Source of the DNA: Amoebophrya sp. A120
Taxonomy: Eukaryota > Protista > Dinoflagellata
DNA length: 64,000 bases
Assembly (NCBI GenBank): GCA_905178155.1
Contig: CAJINV010000014.1
Span: 716,116-780,115 of the forward strand
Direction of reading: 5' to 3'
The notes beneath the pieces are model-generated. The model saw nothing but the letters and a program-made list of their open reading frames with translations. It was not told the DNA's origin and made no database searches. This document shows, piece after piece, positions 12,201-24,967 of the stretch. Position numbers and translations under genes: made by a program. The first letter of the stretch is position 1; each line of letters opens with the position of its first letter.

Positions 12201-15200
12201 AGGTATGAACTGCAAAAGTATCGTACTAGTATAAATTCAAATTGCAATACAAATTCGCTCAGCATTACAAGTAATGCGGATTTACCTCAACAGCCTAGAT
12301 TTGTAATGCATAGCTGCAATTAGTACGAGTACGAGACTTTTGCAGTGCATAACAGGTACTCCTGGGGGATGTCCAATGTCAGCTGCATCGTCGCCCGGTC
12401 CAAGGAATAGTCCTCTTCCAAAATGCGGATCAGGTCCAGCGAAATCCGGTCCGCCGTCGACATTTCGGTGGGGCGGGTGACGATGATGGAGTGGAACAAC
12501 TTGGAAGACAACAGGTTGCCAATCGGTTTATCAAATGCAAAAGTGTCTGGGTCTGGAAGAATGCAACTTGTGATGCGCATTTCAGAACACAGAAAAATCT
12601 CTCACGCATAGGTGGCAAAAGCTGCCCACTTTCTGTCACCAAAATGTAAATGGGGGATTTGTCATGCGGATTCGGCATTGCGGAAGCTTCTCGAAACCTG
12701 TGATGCTAGAGCTTCCATGCCAGACCTTCTGTGTCATGCAAAAACAGCATGACGCTTCCAGACCCAGACATTTTTACAGTTGATACGGTTCCTCCGGCAG
12801 CAAGTGCGTCGCGGACCGGAAGGCGGACAGCTCCATGTAGTCGAGCCCGTAGCACTATGGATTGCAAATATGTCTGGGTCTGGAAAGTTGTAATGCTGAA
12901 TGGTCATGATTGACGGCGCCGGTAAGTGCAGTGCAGCATGACAAATGTTTCAAACGCTTTCTCATGCGCAGAACGCATTACAAAATGCGCTTTTGCAAAG
13001 CGAGAGTGTGGCGGTTTATTTGCTGCTTATGCAATACAGATTTCTTAGGAATGTGAAAAATGCAACACAGATTCAACATTTCCAGACCTAGACATATTTG
13101 CATTTGATAAGTACCGCATGGCCTTCCGGTACACGTTGCGCCACAGTGTGGTAGGCTTTTCCGCTAGGATCAAGCTGTAGTGAAAATTCCGGGAGGGGCA
13201 CAGCCGGAGAATCACCAGGTTGTTCTCGTTCATATGAGCCGAGTTGTTGCAGGAGCTGCTATTGATGTTGCCGCCAGACTGGCGCTGGTGGTGGTTGTAT
13301 CGCCCGGAAAAATTATTAGTACCGCCTCTCGTCGCGGTGGTGCCCGGGTAATGCTTCTGCTGCTGCATCTCGTCAATGTTGAAAGTGTTACTAGTACTCG
13401 ATCCATGATGAAGAGGACCACGATAGTTGTTTTCAACAACACCACCCACGCTATGCTCCGCGGAGCCCGCTCGGTCAGGATCTTCACGATAGTTGTAATT
13501 GCTGTGTAGTGGCTGCAACGACCCAACGTCTTCGAAGTATCAACTGTAAAAATGTCTGGGTCTGGAAGAATCCAACTTGTCATGCTGATTTTGGATTCTA
13601 AAAAAATATGCATTGCATGAGGAGCAAAGAGAGTCCAAGTTTTGCTACACGAAAAGAGCATTTGTCATGCGGTATAGGCATCAGGAAGCCCTCACAAAAT
13701 TTGTGATGCTAGCGCATGCATCACAGACATCAGAAGTCATGCAAAATGCGCACGACAAACCTGGCAATCTTCCAGACCCAGACATTTTTACATTTGATAC
13801 GAAGCTAAGCTTGCTCATTTGAGGGTCGTCGTGCTGCTGCACCAGGTGCATGCTGTAGTCTTGCTTGATCAGATATCGCAGGGAAAACTGTTTCACTTTG
13901 ATGATTTTGCAAGATCTGCATCACAAGTTTGTTACACATGACGCTGAAAATCTGTCATGCGCGCTTCCCAAGGGAAAACACGCTTGAAAATCCAATGTCT
14001 TGCAGGTGTAGCAAGACAAGTAGTTCTGTGTTCCATTTCCTGCATCACAAGTTCACAGTGAAGCAGTTTTTTCTTGCGATATCAGACTGCCCGTAAATCC
14101 CGCCCGCACGCTGTAGTACTTGGAAAAGGACTTGTTCATGCGAAATACCTCGTGGTCCACCAGATTCGAGTTGTTTTGTCCGGTTTCAACATCGATTTGG
14201 TAGTGTTTATTGTAGTAGTTGTCGTGGTGCGTGCCGTTGTAGTGGAGCTGCTGATTATTCTGGCCGTAATCTGGCAGAGCTAACATTCCACCTGCTCCAG
14301 AACTACAGTTATAATTTCTCTTGCCGTAATTATTTCGAGAGAAATTATGGTTGTAGAAGTTGTGTGTCAAATTGCAGTTGGCTCCACCAGCATTGCTCGC
14401 CGTGACCGGGGGCTCCTTGACGTGATTCCGGTTATTTTTCAAGTACAGCAGCGCCTTGCTGTGCAGCAGGAGCTTTTTCTGGCGGTGGTAGGCCATGGAC
14501 GAGGACGAGGAATTGATATCATGATGCGAGGAGGAGACAATTGCAGATCCTGAATGCTGCGGCGCGCCGCGGCAAGCAGTAGTTGTTGCACAACTTCGAA
14601 GGTTATCCTTATCTTTAACATCCCGCAGTGATAATCTACTCCCCCCCGCGAGCCCAAACGCGGACGATGTAGCGGAGAGTTGATGCGGCCCAACATAATT
14701 CATCCTGAGCCGCAGGTCCGCCTTGAGATTGCACCGTGCCAGAAACCCGGTGGATTTCCAGCCCTTCTGGTAAAAATGGTAGTCGGTCATGGTCTATCAA
14801 ATGTAAAAATGTCTGGGTCTGGAAGATGGCAACTTGTCATGCTAAATCTGAATCAGGCAAAAAACTGTGTTGCTTGATTGCCAAAAGTTGTGCACTTTTG
14901 ACCTAAAAATCGAGAGGCAGTTTCCCATGCAGGATAGGCATTGGAAAGGTTTCGCAGAATCTGTCATGCTATGTCCTGCATACCAGACCTCATGTCATGG
15001 GTTATGGAAAACCTGCATGACAAACTCCTGGAATCTTCCAGACACATTTATTTTTGCAATCCATATGGCCACGTCCAGCGGGAACTTCGTGTAGGGGAAC
15101 AGCTCCGTGACCTTCTTGCACAAAACGGACGACTTGAAAAGGTACTCGAAGCGGTTCAGACACCCCTCCACGTACTCCAAGACGTCGGACAAAATCCCGG

Positions 15201-18200
15201 AATAGATGCGCTCCACCATGTTCCAAGAACCTAAATTTTCCTCTATCACAGTGAGAAATGCCCCCACCCCAGATGAATTTAGCCGCATTTGCATTGCAAA
15301 TCTTTCCAATACAAACATTTCCCGTCTTGCATATTTATATGAGCATCGCAAGTTTTAGTTGCTGAGACGCTCAAATCTGTGTTGCAAAGGAGCCCAACAG
15401 CAGGCGGATCTGTTATGCAAGGGATACCTTGCCGCGCAGCTAGATTCTGCGTCAGAAAGGCTCCCACCTCGCAGTCCTTTCATGCAACACAAAACGCTTG
15501 CATTTGGAAACTTTGCATGAGAGACTTTTGCAAATTCCGGTCAGGGGGCATTTTTCATTGTGATATCCTCCGCGTGCGACAGCGCCCGCAGCTCCACCGC
15601 GGACCCCGATCCGCCGATCCCCGAGAAGAGGTTCGTGTACGCTTCGACCACCTGGGAAATGAGCAGGTAAATCTGCACCAGGGTCTGGAAGGACAGCTGC
15701 TGGCTATTCTGCTGGTTGTTATGATTTGCATTTTGATTTTGCTGTGCATTTCTGTCCAACATCCCGTTATTGTTCAGTAGGGAGGTGTGCGCACCATTAT
15801 TACCATTTGTTCCACCCATGACTCCACCCCCGCCCCCGCCCGCAAGCAGGTGTTGCGTCGACGAGCTGTTGCGCGCATTAGAAAACCCGTAAATGGTGGA
15901 GTTCACGGCGTTGTGGTTGGAATTGCTGCTGTGCAGCGAGCTGTGGGCTGCCGCGGCGGAGGACGAATTGTGCTGGTGCACCAACCCGCTGCCTTGAGTC
16001 CCATTACCACAGTTGGTGTTGCTGCTCGAGCCAAAGCAGGTCAGCTGTCCGGTCCGCTCGTTAATGTACAAAGCCTGCTCCAATCGCTTCTTGAACGCAT
16101 CGCCGATGGTCAGCACGATGTTTCGAATCCGCTTGCGCAACAGCTGAAACGCGTTGTTCACCGTTTCGATTTTCACCGTCGAGCCACTAGTTGCGTTACT
16201 ACCTCCAGCCGCGGCGTTGTAATTATTTTCAACAACACCGTGCTGGTTGTGTGCATTGTAACGTCCTCCGTTGGATGTCGAATTATTCGAATTTGCGTTG
16301 TTTTGCCCAAACTTGTTCTTATCCAGGGGGGTGGCGAGAATGTAGATGAGGTTGCACTTCTTCAACACGTAGAGCTCCTCCTATGCACTGCAAAAGTATC
16401 GCACTAGTAGAAATTGCATTACAAATTTTCCCAAGAACAAAAATGCAAGTTGTCATGCTATTTCAGATGAATAGTTTGATTTGTCATGCATATTATCTGC
16501 AATTAGTACGAGTACGATACTTTTGCCCAGGATACCTCCTCCATTTCGTTGATTTTGTGATTCAACTCGTTCTGAAATAACGTGGACTGATTGTGCTGGC
16601 GCTGCGCCGCTGTGTTGTGGTGGTGGTTTCTACTATTCGACGTAGCGGAAGTACGAGCACCGGTCGGATGTTGGTACGCGCGATTTAGTTGTTCACCACT
16701 GCTGTGACCTCCGCGCGGAGCTGCTCCCGAGGACCTGTGCTTCGAATTCGACCTGCCTGCCTTGAACTTGGGATCATTGTGATGGTTTGTTCTTGCCTGA
16801 CCATTTTCTCTCATCTGGTGCCCCCTGCTCGAACTACCATTATTGTTGAACGTAGTTCCACCGCCCATCCTCATTCCGCTGCTTCTCTTGCTGCCGCTCC
16901 TGCGCTGTTGCGCAGTCATAGTCGTGGACATTCCGAAGGAGGAGCTCATGTTCGTGGTCCCCTTGCTCTGGTTGTTTTCCGAGGTGGAGCGGCTGAGCAG
17001 GTTGTGCTGTCGGCCCTGCTCACACTTAATCCGTCGCCCGTGGTGCTCCCGGAGGGTCAAACAGCCGAACGAATTCTTGTTCGCGCGGCCCCGGCTGCTT
17101 TGGTTTGTGGTCGGCGTGAAGTCGTCCTCCTGGGTGCTGGAATTACTGTCAGAGTGGTTGTTCAAGGAGTGATTCATATGGCGTTCTCAAATGTTACATT
17201 CTCAACTGTTACATGATTTGTCATGCAAAATGACCATGAGCCACCAGACGATCAAGCTGCTTCGCATGACAAGTTCTCGCATGGCTAAACAGCGTCTAAA
17301 TCTCTACCAAATCTGTCATGCAAGACGCGCAAGCTCCCTCCTTTCATTTTTGCCATTCTTGCATGGCAAATTCATGTAACAGTTGAGAATGTAACAGTTG
17401 AGATTGCCATAATTCATGGTGCCCAGGTCGATCTCCGTGACGCAGCCAAACGTGTCCTATGCATTGCAAAAATATCGTACTCGTATTGCAGTCATGCATT
17501 ACAAATCTTTTTCTTAAGGTAAATCCGCATCACAAATTTTATTTGTCATGCTGAGGAAATTTGTAATGCATTTATACGAGTACGATACTTTTGCACAGGA
17601 TATGTCCCCAGCGTCGACAATGAGGTCGTCGTCCTCGTCGTCTGTCGTCCCAAGGTGGATCTGGTGACCACCACCTGGAGCTGGTGCTCCTCGTCCTCCG
17701 ACGTGCTCACCGCCTCGGTACAACGAATTCTCATTCTCAAAATCGCAGTCGTCCCCGTGAAGCTGCTGCAGGCCCCCGTGGTCCTCGTCTTCCTCGTCGG
17801 CATCTTCCTCGTCCAGAATTTCCCGCGGCGAAGAGATCTCCGTGCACTCGTCGATATTTTTCCGGGATTTGAGCAGCAATTCTTCGTTCTTTTTGCTCCG
17901 TCGGGTCCGCAGGTATTCCTCGTCCTCCCGCTGTTCTTCCTCATCCAAGATCGACCCGTGGCCCACCATCATCGGCGTCGTGGCCTCCTGGAGGTTCTGA
18001 TTCAGGTTATTTGTTGTTCCTATAGCGATCGCATTCAGCGACGATAATTTATTGCCGCAACCACCAGCCGTGTGGACGTGGTCGGTATTCGGATTGATGT
18101 TCAGGTGGTTCATTTGCGACAGTACGGCTACCGTGCTGGGTCCGGATTTCATCAAATTTTCGATCTTTTCCTCCGTCAACGGCTGGACGATCAGTTCAGT

Positions 18201-21200
18201 AGTTCTGTCGCGCTGTACAACTTCTAGACCTGCTTCATCGCGTTGTTCCTGAGTAGATGAAAAAGGAGCTGCTGCACGACCAATGTTGCTCGCTCCACCT
18301 GTGTACGTCGTGTCCTCTATGGCTTGAAACGCCGTGGCTGCTTTGGTCGCGGAAATTGTGCGGGAAATGGAATTTTGCAAACAAGAAGAAGTCATCTCGG
18401 CCAGTGTGGCGGTGGCATTGTTGTGAGTGGTGCTGTTCGAATCCGTACGAATGATCTTTGTCTTCAAATCAATCTTCAAGTTGCCGCTTCTGTTTTTGCT
18501 GTTGCGTTTACTGTTATTGTTCGCATGTTGTTCTTTACCGCTGCTCCTGGAATTTTTCGAGTCGCTGCGAGAGTGCTTGTGGCAGCTGCTGTCCCGGTGA
18601 TTGATGATTATTTCTCCCTCCTTATAATTCTCGCCTTGCTCGTCAGCATTCACTGCAGGCGGAGAGGAATCTTTGTGGCCACAAAAGGCTGCTCCGGGAA
18701 GGAGATGTGAAGCCATGTTGCTGTCTTTGCTAGCTTTCCGACGAAGATTCAACATTCTCGCTTCCTCCGTTTCTTGTGGACGATCTTGGTGCAGAAGCTC
18801 TTTTGACGCCGAGGAGCTTCTCTTCTGCTTCTTTTTGGATGTTGCAACTACTACCTCACCGACGCTCTCGTCCCTCCTGTCGTTCGTCCCCTGTAGTTGA
18901 TGCCCGCGCCGATTTTTTCCGCTTTTGATGTTGTGTTTCATGATATTGTTGTTCTTTCCCCCCGTTGTTGTAGTATCCTGGTGACCCTCAGCAGTCCTAC
19001 TTATTGCGCGCCGGCCTCCGGAGGTTTTTTTCATCCCGCTCCCCGCAGTTCTCGAGGTCGTCCGCCTGCCACCTCCACCTGCGTTATTGTTAATATGTGC
19101 AACCTGTTGTATCCGCGCGTTGGTGCCCCCACTCGACCTGGAGGTCGCGTTCGAGGACGAGTTGTTGTGCTGGTTGGTGTTACTCAGCGGCGGTAGGAGC
19201 CTATGCTGTGCAAAACAAAGTATCGCACTCCCTCGTACTAATTGCAGACATGCATGACAAATCGCCTTTCTATAGCTAAGCCAGCATTCCCAATTTCATC
19301 TGTCACTCTAAGGAAATTTGTAATGCAATTTATACTAGTACGATGCTTTTGCACTTCATAGAGCTGGGTTTTCTGCAAAATTTCTTGCAGCAGCATGTCC
19401 GGATCCGGGTGCAGCAGGATCAGATCCCAGTTCAACCCAAAGGTGTTGCAGCGGTCGCAGTGGCTGTGGAACAGCTTCTCCATGGATTCCATCAATTGGT
19501 ACTCGTTCCGCGGATTTTGGTACAGTTTTTTCAACCATCGTTGCAGCTTCAGAATCGACTTCTTGATGAAAAACGGCTCGCACTGCGCGTGCAGCTCGTT
19601 CGGGTCGGAGGCGGAGGCGGGCAGGGGTCTTTTATTCCGTAATGTATTCGGATCATGTTTCAGTGAAGACTTCTTGTTTTGTTTCGAAACAACAAGCTCC
19701 TGCTGCGAGTGGCTACACGAGCACGTAGTTGTTGGTGCGCCTGACCTGGAAGTAGATGTCACGACAGATGTTGCGCAAGCGGGATTATTTAGTAAACCCG
19801 CATCATGTTGCTGCAACTGATGTTGTTGAAGTTGAGAACTACATGCCCCTTGCGGCCCTTGCTGCGTGTGCGTAGAAGTATCATACTGGAGGTCAAGATG
19901 AACATTATGTTGCTTGTGCATCAAGTTCAGCCTTGGATTGTGCTGCTGCTGATACGACAAAGCCATCGACATGGTCCTCGTCGTGTCGCCCGCGTTGTGA
20001 ACAAGACCTACTTGTTCACTCTGCCCACAGGAACTGCTTGCGTTTTCACCCACGTGACTCATCGGGTCCGCGCGGGAGTGCAGGTAAAAGTCGCTGGAGG
20101 GTGCGAGCGTGGCGAAATTACTGTCCGCCGTGGCGGAGTGGTTGTCTTCGCCTGTGTAGAAGTGGTCCTTCTCCATAGTTTTGGTGTAGAAGGAGCTCGT
20201 CGCGGAGCTGCAGGGAATGTCCTGCTCGGTCAAATTAGAATTACGCCCGTGCTGGCGGCCTCGTCGTGGGATTATTTCGCCGCTCGCGGTCGTTTCCTCG
20301 CTGCTGCTGTTGTTTGCAGAAGATGAACTGTGAGCATTCATCCCCTCCTCGTTCTCGTGTTCGTTTTCCTCCTCCTCGTCCGAGGTAGTACTAGAGAAGG
20401 TCGGCTGCCGGGAGAAGGAAAACCGAGGGCTCGTTTTATTGCCGATTGCGCTCGTAGTTCCTGACGTGCCGGCTGGATTTGTTTCACTCTGCAGCAGTAC
20501 TTGACCACAATGTTCTTCACCCTGCTCGCCTCCGTCTGCAGATGAAGTGCCTCCTCCTTCTCGAGGTGGATCAGGAGCTGCGCCCACTACACCAATTGAG
20601 CTGATCGCACTGCTTTTTTCATCTTCATCTTGATCCTCTTCACGACGAGGACCCACGAACGAGGAAGTTGTACAACCAGAGGCACTGGAAAAAGAGGATG
20701 ATCCACTACCACTGCTGTTCTTTCCGCGCCTTGGAATTTTCTCTACTACTTGTTCCGTGGACGTCGAGCTGCTGTGTTCTTGTTCCACCTCGCAGTCGTT
20801 TGTTAGACGATGATCATCTCTATGAAATGTAAAAATGTCTGGGTCTGGAAGATTCATGCTGTTTTTGCATGACACAGAAGGTCTGGCATGGAAGCTCTAG
20901 CATCACAGGTTTCGAGAAGCTTCCGCAATGCCGAACCCGCATCAGAAATCCCCCATTTTGGCAACAGAATTGAGCAGCTTTTGCTACCGATGCATGAGAG
21001 ATTTTTCTGTGTTCGAAAATGCGCATCACAAGTTCAAATCTTCCAGACCCAGACATTTTTACATTTGATAATCTCCGCCTCCCAGCACCGTCGATCTCCC
21101 CGGATGGCTGGTCGTTGCGGAGAGTATGCACTGCACTCGTATTGCGATCATGCATTACAAATCTCCTTTTTAAGGTGCATCTGCATTACAAGTTTTTATT

Positions 21201-23170
21201 TCTCATGCTGAGGAAATTTGTAATGCATTTATACGAGTACAATACTTTTGCAATTCATAGAGAGACAGTCCTGTTGATCAAGTTCAAGGGTTGATGATGT
21301 TGACGTGTCGTGAAGATGATTGTAGCCCTGAAGATGACCATTGTGTGCAGCTGCCGTCGTTGTCCTCGCCGTGGTGTTTTTAAGCATGATACTATTACCA
21401 CTGGACCACGACGACGATGAAGTTGAGCAGGAGGATATCCTGAGGAAAAACGTACCCACACCAGAGTCAGGATGGGGATTTTGCAACACAAACCTAGGAG
21501 TTTTGTGAATCACGCATGACAAGTTGCAGTTCGTAGTGTAGTGCAGGTTAGCAAGTGCAGCCGCGTCACAGATTCATCTGCTCATCCTGTTCACAGCATC
21601 ACAAATTTCAAAACACGATTGGAATTGGCTCTCATGGGGATGCGCATTACAAGTCTTCCTGTCTTTGCAAATCTGCATTACAACTCTGGTGTGGGTACGT
21701 TTTTACTCAGCATAGAGGAGGAAACCAGCAGCTGTGGCGGCTTCTGCCCGTTCACGTACAACTGGATCTCGATATCAAATGTAAAAATGTCTGGGTCTGG
21801 AAACTTATGATGCTGTGTGGCATATCATGAGGAGGCCACAATTGCTGGCTCAGCATGACAAGTTTCTGAGCTTCTAGGTGTTGCCTATTCTGCATGACAA
21901 ACTACGTTTCTGCATGACAGAAAAGTGGGGCTCTTTGTTAATGTGCATGACAGATTTAAGAGTCATGCCAGACAAGCATGACAAACTTGCATTCTTCCAG
22001 ACCCAGACATTTTTACATTTGATACTCGATTTTCCCGTGCCACAGACTGGACTCCAGCAGATGTTGCGGGTTCAGCAGGTGTCGCACCCCAAAAGCCTCG
22101 TTGAAAATCCACAGCTGGTACTGCATCGAGTTCGCGATCGGGTTGTTGTATGTCCCGGAGTTCATTCCATACTGCGGGTTGTTGTAAGAGCTACCGGGAA
22201 CTACTCCACCTCCGCTGTTGGGCATCATCATGTTGTTCATCATGAGCGCAGTAGTACCGCCAGAAGCCGATGTTGAACAGCCCATCGTATGATCGCTGTT
22301 GATATGCATTGCAACTATCCCTGGATGTCTGAAAGATTGCAACTTGTCATGCTAAATCCGAAACATGCAAAAATTTGTGTTGCATGAGTGCAAAAAGCTG
22401 TCCACTTTCGACCAAGGTTACCATGCAGGATTGACATGGCAGAGACCTCCTCACCGAGTCTGTCAACATGCTAAGTCCTGACTCTAGACCTCATGGGTCA
22501 TGAAAAACCTGCATGACAAGTTTACAAGCTTCAGGACATCCAGGGATTTTTGCACTTGATAGTTGATGCTGATCTGTACCAGCATCATCAACGCGTGCTT
22601 GTGGATCTTTCGGAAGGCCTCCAGCGGGTACTCGTTCTCGATCAACACAATATTCCCGGAGCTGCAGTGCGAAAACCCCGACGCGTCAGTCAGGGTCACC
22701 CGCAACGTGCGGATCCTTTCCTGCTGAAGGTTCTTGTCGTGCGCGTCATGGTGGGACGAGGAGCGTAGTGCTGGGGCAGGATGATCATGATGATATTTAA
22801 TATCATGTTCCTGGTCGTGGTGCTCCGCCAGGGGCAGGCTAGCATGGTGCAGCAGGGGTTCATCTCGCTCAACCACTGCCCTGTTCGTGTTCAGGTTCAT
22901 CTTCTCGTAGTAGTCGTAAGAACAACTCCCGTTGTTTGATGCATACATTGTGCTCGCCTCAACAGCTCCTACACGACTGTGCTGCTGTCCTTCTTGGAAC
23001 AGTAGGCGGGACGGATCACGGGGGTCGACTACACGGGCGCCGTTTGGAGGTTGATTCTGCTGGTGCGCCTCGTCGGCGTACAACATCCGATGTTGAGGAC
23101 CGTCCATCGCACCAAAGGCAGCTGTAGTATCTTCGGCAGCGTAAGTTGATGAACAAGGAGGTCGCTCCAT
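230..23170 (-). CDS. Giant multi-exon uncharacterised protein (>4,000 aa; low-complexity S/T/N/G/Q tracts between folded blocks); 3' end uncertain, probably runs off the window start
   Basis: ATG at 23170 (MERPP). Excising 26 consecutive introners (element + 5 nt) keeps one open frame to 2358 (12,030 nt = 4,010 codons). The 1422 junction is also in frame. Joins between 2358 and 230 are only partly resolved. No family recognised. Confidence 0.7.
930..1048. mobile_element. Degenerate introner (B-like)
   Basis: TATC...CATA ends, TSD agacg/tgacg. Confidence 0.5.
1422..1682. mobile_element. Introner family E (degenerate)
   Basis: TSD tgcgt; frame restored RITH|YRAT. Confidence 0.75.
2197..2357. 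mobile_element. Degenerate introner (B-like)
   Basis: Right end TACTTTTGCAGATGGGATA; left end decayed; TSD gaggt/ctggt. Confidence 0.45.
2377..2582. mobile_element. Introner family G
   Basis: TSD tcttc; very similar to 35984-36189. Confidence 0.9.
2669..2947. mobile_element. Introner family C
   Basis: TIR core AAAACGTCCCCA..CCAGAGT; TSD gaaag/ggaag. Confidence 0.85.
3431..3597. mobile_element. Introner (G-related)
   Basis: TSD gcaat; frame QDNC|TPR. Confidence 0.85.
5646..5891. mobile_element. Introner family J
   Basis: TSD aaact; CATG...GATA ends; in frame. Confidence 0.8.
6502..6836. mobile_element. Introner family A (degenerate)
   Basis: TSD tggcc; in frame. Confidence 0.85.
6933..7196. 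mobile_element. Introner family A
   Basis: TSD cgtga. Confidence 0.92.
7326..10045. mobile_element. Introner family A carrying the nested 2.45-kb insert
   Basis: TSD acgga; frame RCVS|VEC restored. Confidence 0.9.
7509..9955 (-). mobile_element. 2,447-bp non-TIR insertion (retroposon/non-LTR-like, non-autonomous or degraded) nested in an introner
   Basis: 11-bp TSD TTGGCACTCAT at 7498-7508 and 9956-9966; (TCGT)3 at the left end; the flanking halves join into an intact family-A introner (compare 26510-26774). Confidence 0.8.
10780..11059. mobile_element. Introner family C
   Basis: TSD agcat. Confidence 0.85.
11454..11705. mobile_element. Introner family A
   Basis: TSD ggtcg. Confidence 0.92.
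11775..12089. mobile_element. Introner family H
   Basis: TIR core GGATTGAAATCG.CAAAGTTGAAAT; TSD gctgc. Confidence 0.88.
12204..12351. mobile_element. Introner family B
   Basis: TIR TATGAACTGCAAAAGTATCGTACT; TSD acagg. Confidence 0.92.
12529..12785. mobile_element. Introner family A
   Basis: TSD cggtt. Confidence 0.92.
12856..13109. mobile_element. Introner family A
   Basis: TSD agcac/agtac. Confidence 0.88.
13538..13799. mobile_element. Introner family A
   Basis: TSD cgaag. Confidence 0.92.
13874..14081. mobile_element. Introner (J-like)
   Basis: TIR TATCGCA.G.AAAACTG.TTCACT; TSD tcaga. Confidence 0.88.
14795..15065. mobile_element. Introner family A
   Basis: TSD tggtc/tggcc. Confidence 0.9.
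15244..15565. mobile_element. Introner family C-related
   Basis: TSD tcctc; related to 45052-45356. Confidence 0.88.
16382..16534. mobile_element. Introner family B
   Basis: TSD cctcc. Confidence 0.92.
17177..17411. mobile_element. Introner family E
   Basis: ~40-bp TIR TATGGC.TTCTCAA.TGTTACATTCTCAACTGTTACATGA; TSD attca. Confidence 0.92.
17458..17602. mobile_element. Introner family B
   Basis: TSD tgtcc. Confidence 0.92.
19202..19360. mobile_element. Introner family B
   Basis: TSD gagcc/gagct. Confidence 0.88.
20821..21070. mobile_element. Introner family A
   Basis: TSD atctc; inverted relative to 12529-12785. Confidence 0.92.
21125..21259. mobile_element. Introner family B
   Basis: TSD gagag. 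Confidence 0.9.
21436..21714. mobile_element. Introner family C
   Basis: TSD gagga. Confidence 0.9.
21773..22024. mobile_element. Introner family A
   Basis: TSD ctcga. Confidence 0.92.
22303..22561. mobile_element. Introner family A variant
   Basis: TSD gttga; both TIR arms carry matching changes (TCCCTGGATGTC / GACATCCAGGGA). Confidence 0.9.
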
Positions 23171-24967
23171 GATAATTATGATTATCACTGGTCGTGTATA
23201 TTACGCGAGGACCAACATGAGTCGTTCATACAACTTAATGGGAGCACGATCTTCGCAAAGAACCTGAGTAGTAGACTCGATTCTAGTATAAACCTTTATT
23301 TTGTTCGCCGACCCAAACTAACACAAAAAACGGGTCGGCAGAATGAGGTATCGGAAAGCTAAAATGTCAGTATAATTGTATCGACAGAATAAATTCATGA
23401 AAAGCAAACCCTTGTCAAACAGAAGCACTCAACAAGAATTTATGGGTAAAAAAATCGTTTATCGCCAAGGATCCACGAATTTTTCGGTCCCGGACAGCGA
23501 CACGTCGCGCGAAGACAATCACACTTGATGCCGTGAGAGTGTTGAAAATTTTCTAAAAAATGTTGATACTTGTGTTGTTACCAATCTTTTTCGTTTTCCA
23601 ACCTGACAGGACGCCGTGCCACTTTGTGCACAGGAGCTACCTGCTACCAGGGCGGTTCGTTGTATTTATACAAGGATAGTTAAAGTCAAAGCCTATTTGC
23701 TTTTCTTAAGAAATGAGATTCGCTAGTATCGGTAGAATTAGAGTTTTTATCGCTTGTTCAATGAATCATACACACGCAAGACAAATCGCTTTTAGGTTAA
23801 GTTTACACACAAGTATGTCGTGTCAAATGAATAAGTACCGTAGCAGAATACTCGCAGACGAGTAAACTAGTACTTTACATCGGCTGCTGGTTTGCGTTTG
23901 CTTTTGACAATTTGCATTTGGTATTGGTTCAGTTTTTTTTTCTCACGATTTTTCTTACAACAAGCAGGCGCTGCTTATTCACTAGCACTAGCCGTTCTGT
24001 TTCTTTTTGTCTTCCTCTAGCTACTACAGGCCACTTTGCATTAGCATTTGCTCACGCTCGAAATACTTAAGTCAGTAGTAGACCAGCTTAAACCACGATG
24101 ATCAACAGCATACAAATACAAAAAGGTCTTTCAGGTCGTGGTTTGCGCTCCCAATCTTTTGTGCTTACTAACTAGATCCTTGCACCACCCTGATCTGTAC
24201 TCAAGTCATGAGAAGCAAGTCGATCTTTTGAGCTGCAGGCGTCTGATGAAACGAGATCAAGAATAACTAAACTAGTATGTTCTCACGAACCGGTCTGAGC
24301 TTGTTGAGTATGTTCTCACGAAGTGTTGCTATAGCAGATCATAGCGTCGAACTAGAGATGATATATAGAAAGACTACTTGCTGTCGTCTATGATCCACCA
24401 AGCAAGGCAGAAGCACCCTTGTGCTTGTCCGCCGTTTTTCCTACTGTGAGATCCTTTTCCACCAGCTATGTGTAAACAAACTCGCAACGACCTCCTTACA
24501 AATAAAAGAGGTGGACCGACGAAGATGATCCAAACAAGTAGAGATCTTCGGAAAGGATCGCACAAGATGAAGAACGAGAGATCTTTGATAAGGATCGAAC
24601 ACAACTGCTGTCGCTTTCTATGACGACCGACCATCAAGAACAAACGTACACAAGCTTTTTTCTCGTCTTCGCACTGAGCCAGAGAAAGCCAAGCCGCGGC
24701 CCGAAAGAAAAGATGCTGCCAAGCATGGTATGCCATGCGTGTACGCAAGTGTAGTTGACTTGCAGCATGATCTAATACTTCGTGTATTGATAATTGCTCC
24801 TGGTGAGTAGTTGTGACTCTTGCAAGTTAAAAGAAATTCGCGTGTCGCTGTGCTTACATTTCAACAATTCCCAGAGTTCTTCGAGTGACCAATAGCCATG
24901 AATCAGTGATATCTATCAAAGAGTCCGTCGGCGTTGATCCGCGAAATAAAAAAAGTGTATTTTTTTC

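Noticed and set aside
23307-23339. Hairpin GCCGACCC...GGGTCGGC upstream of the giant gene
   Set aside because: A single 8-bp stem with no support for function; prokaryotic terminator logic does not apply.
24274-24322. Direct repeat AGTATGTTCTCACGAA x2 in intergenic DNA
   Set aside because: An isolated local duplication with no further pattern.
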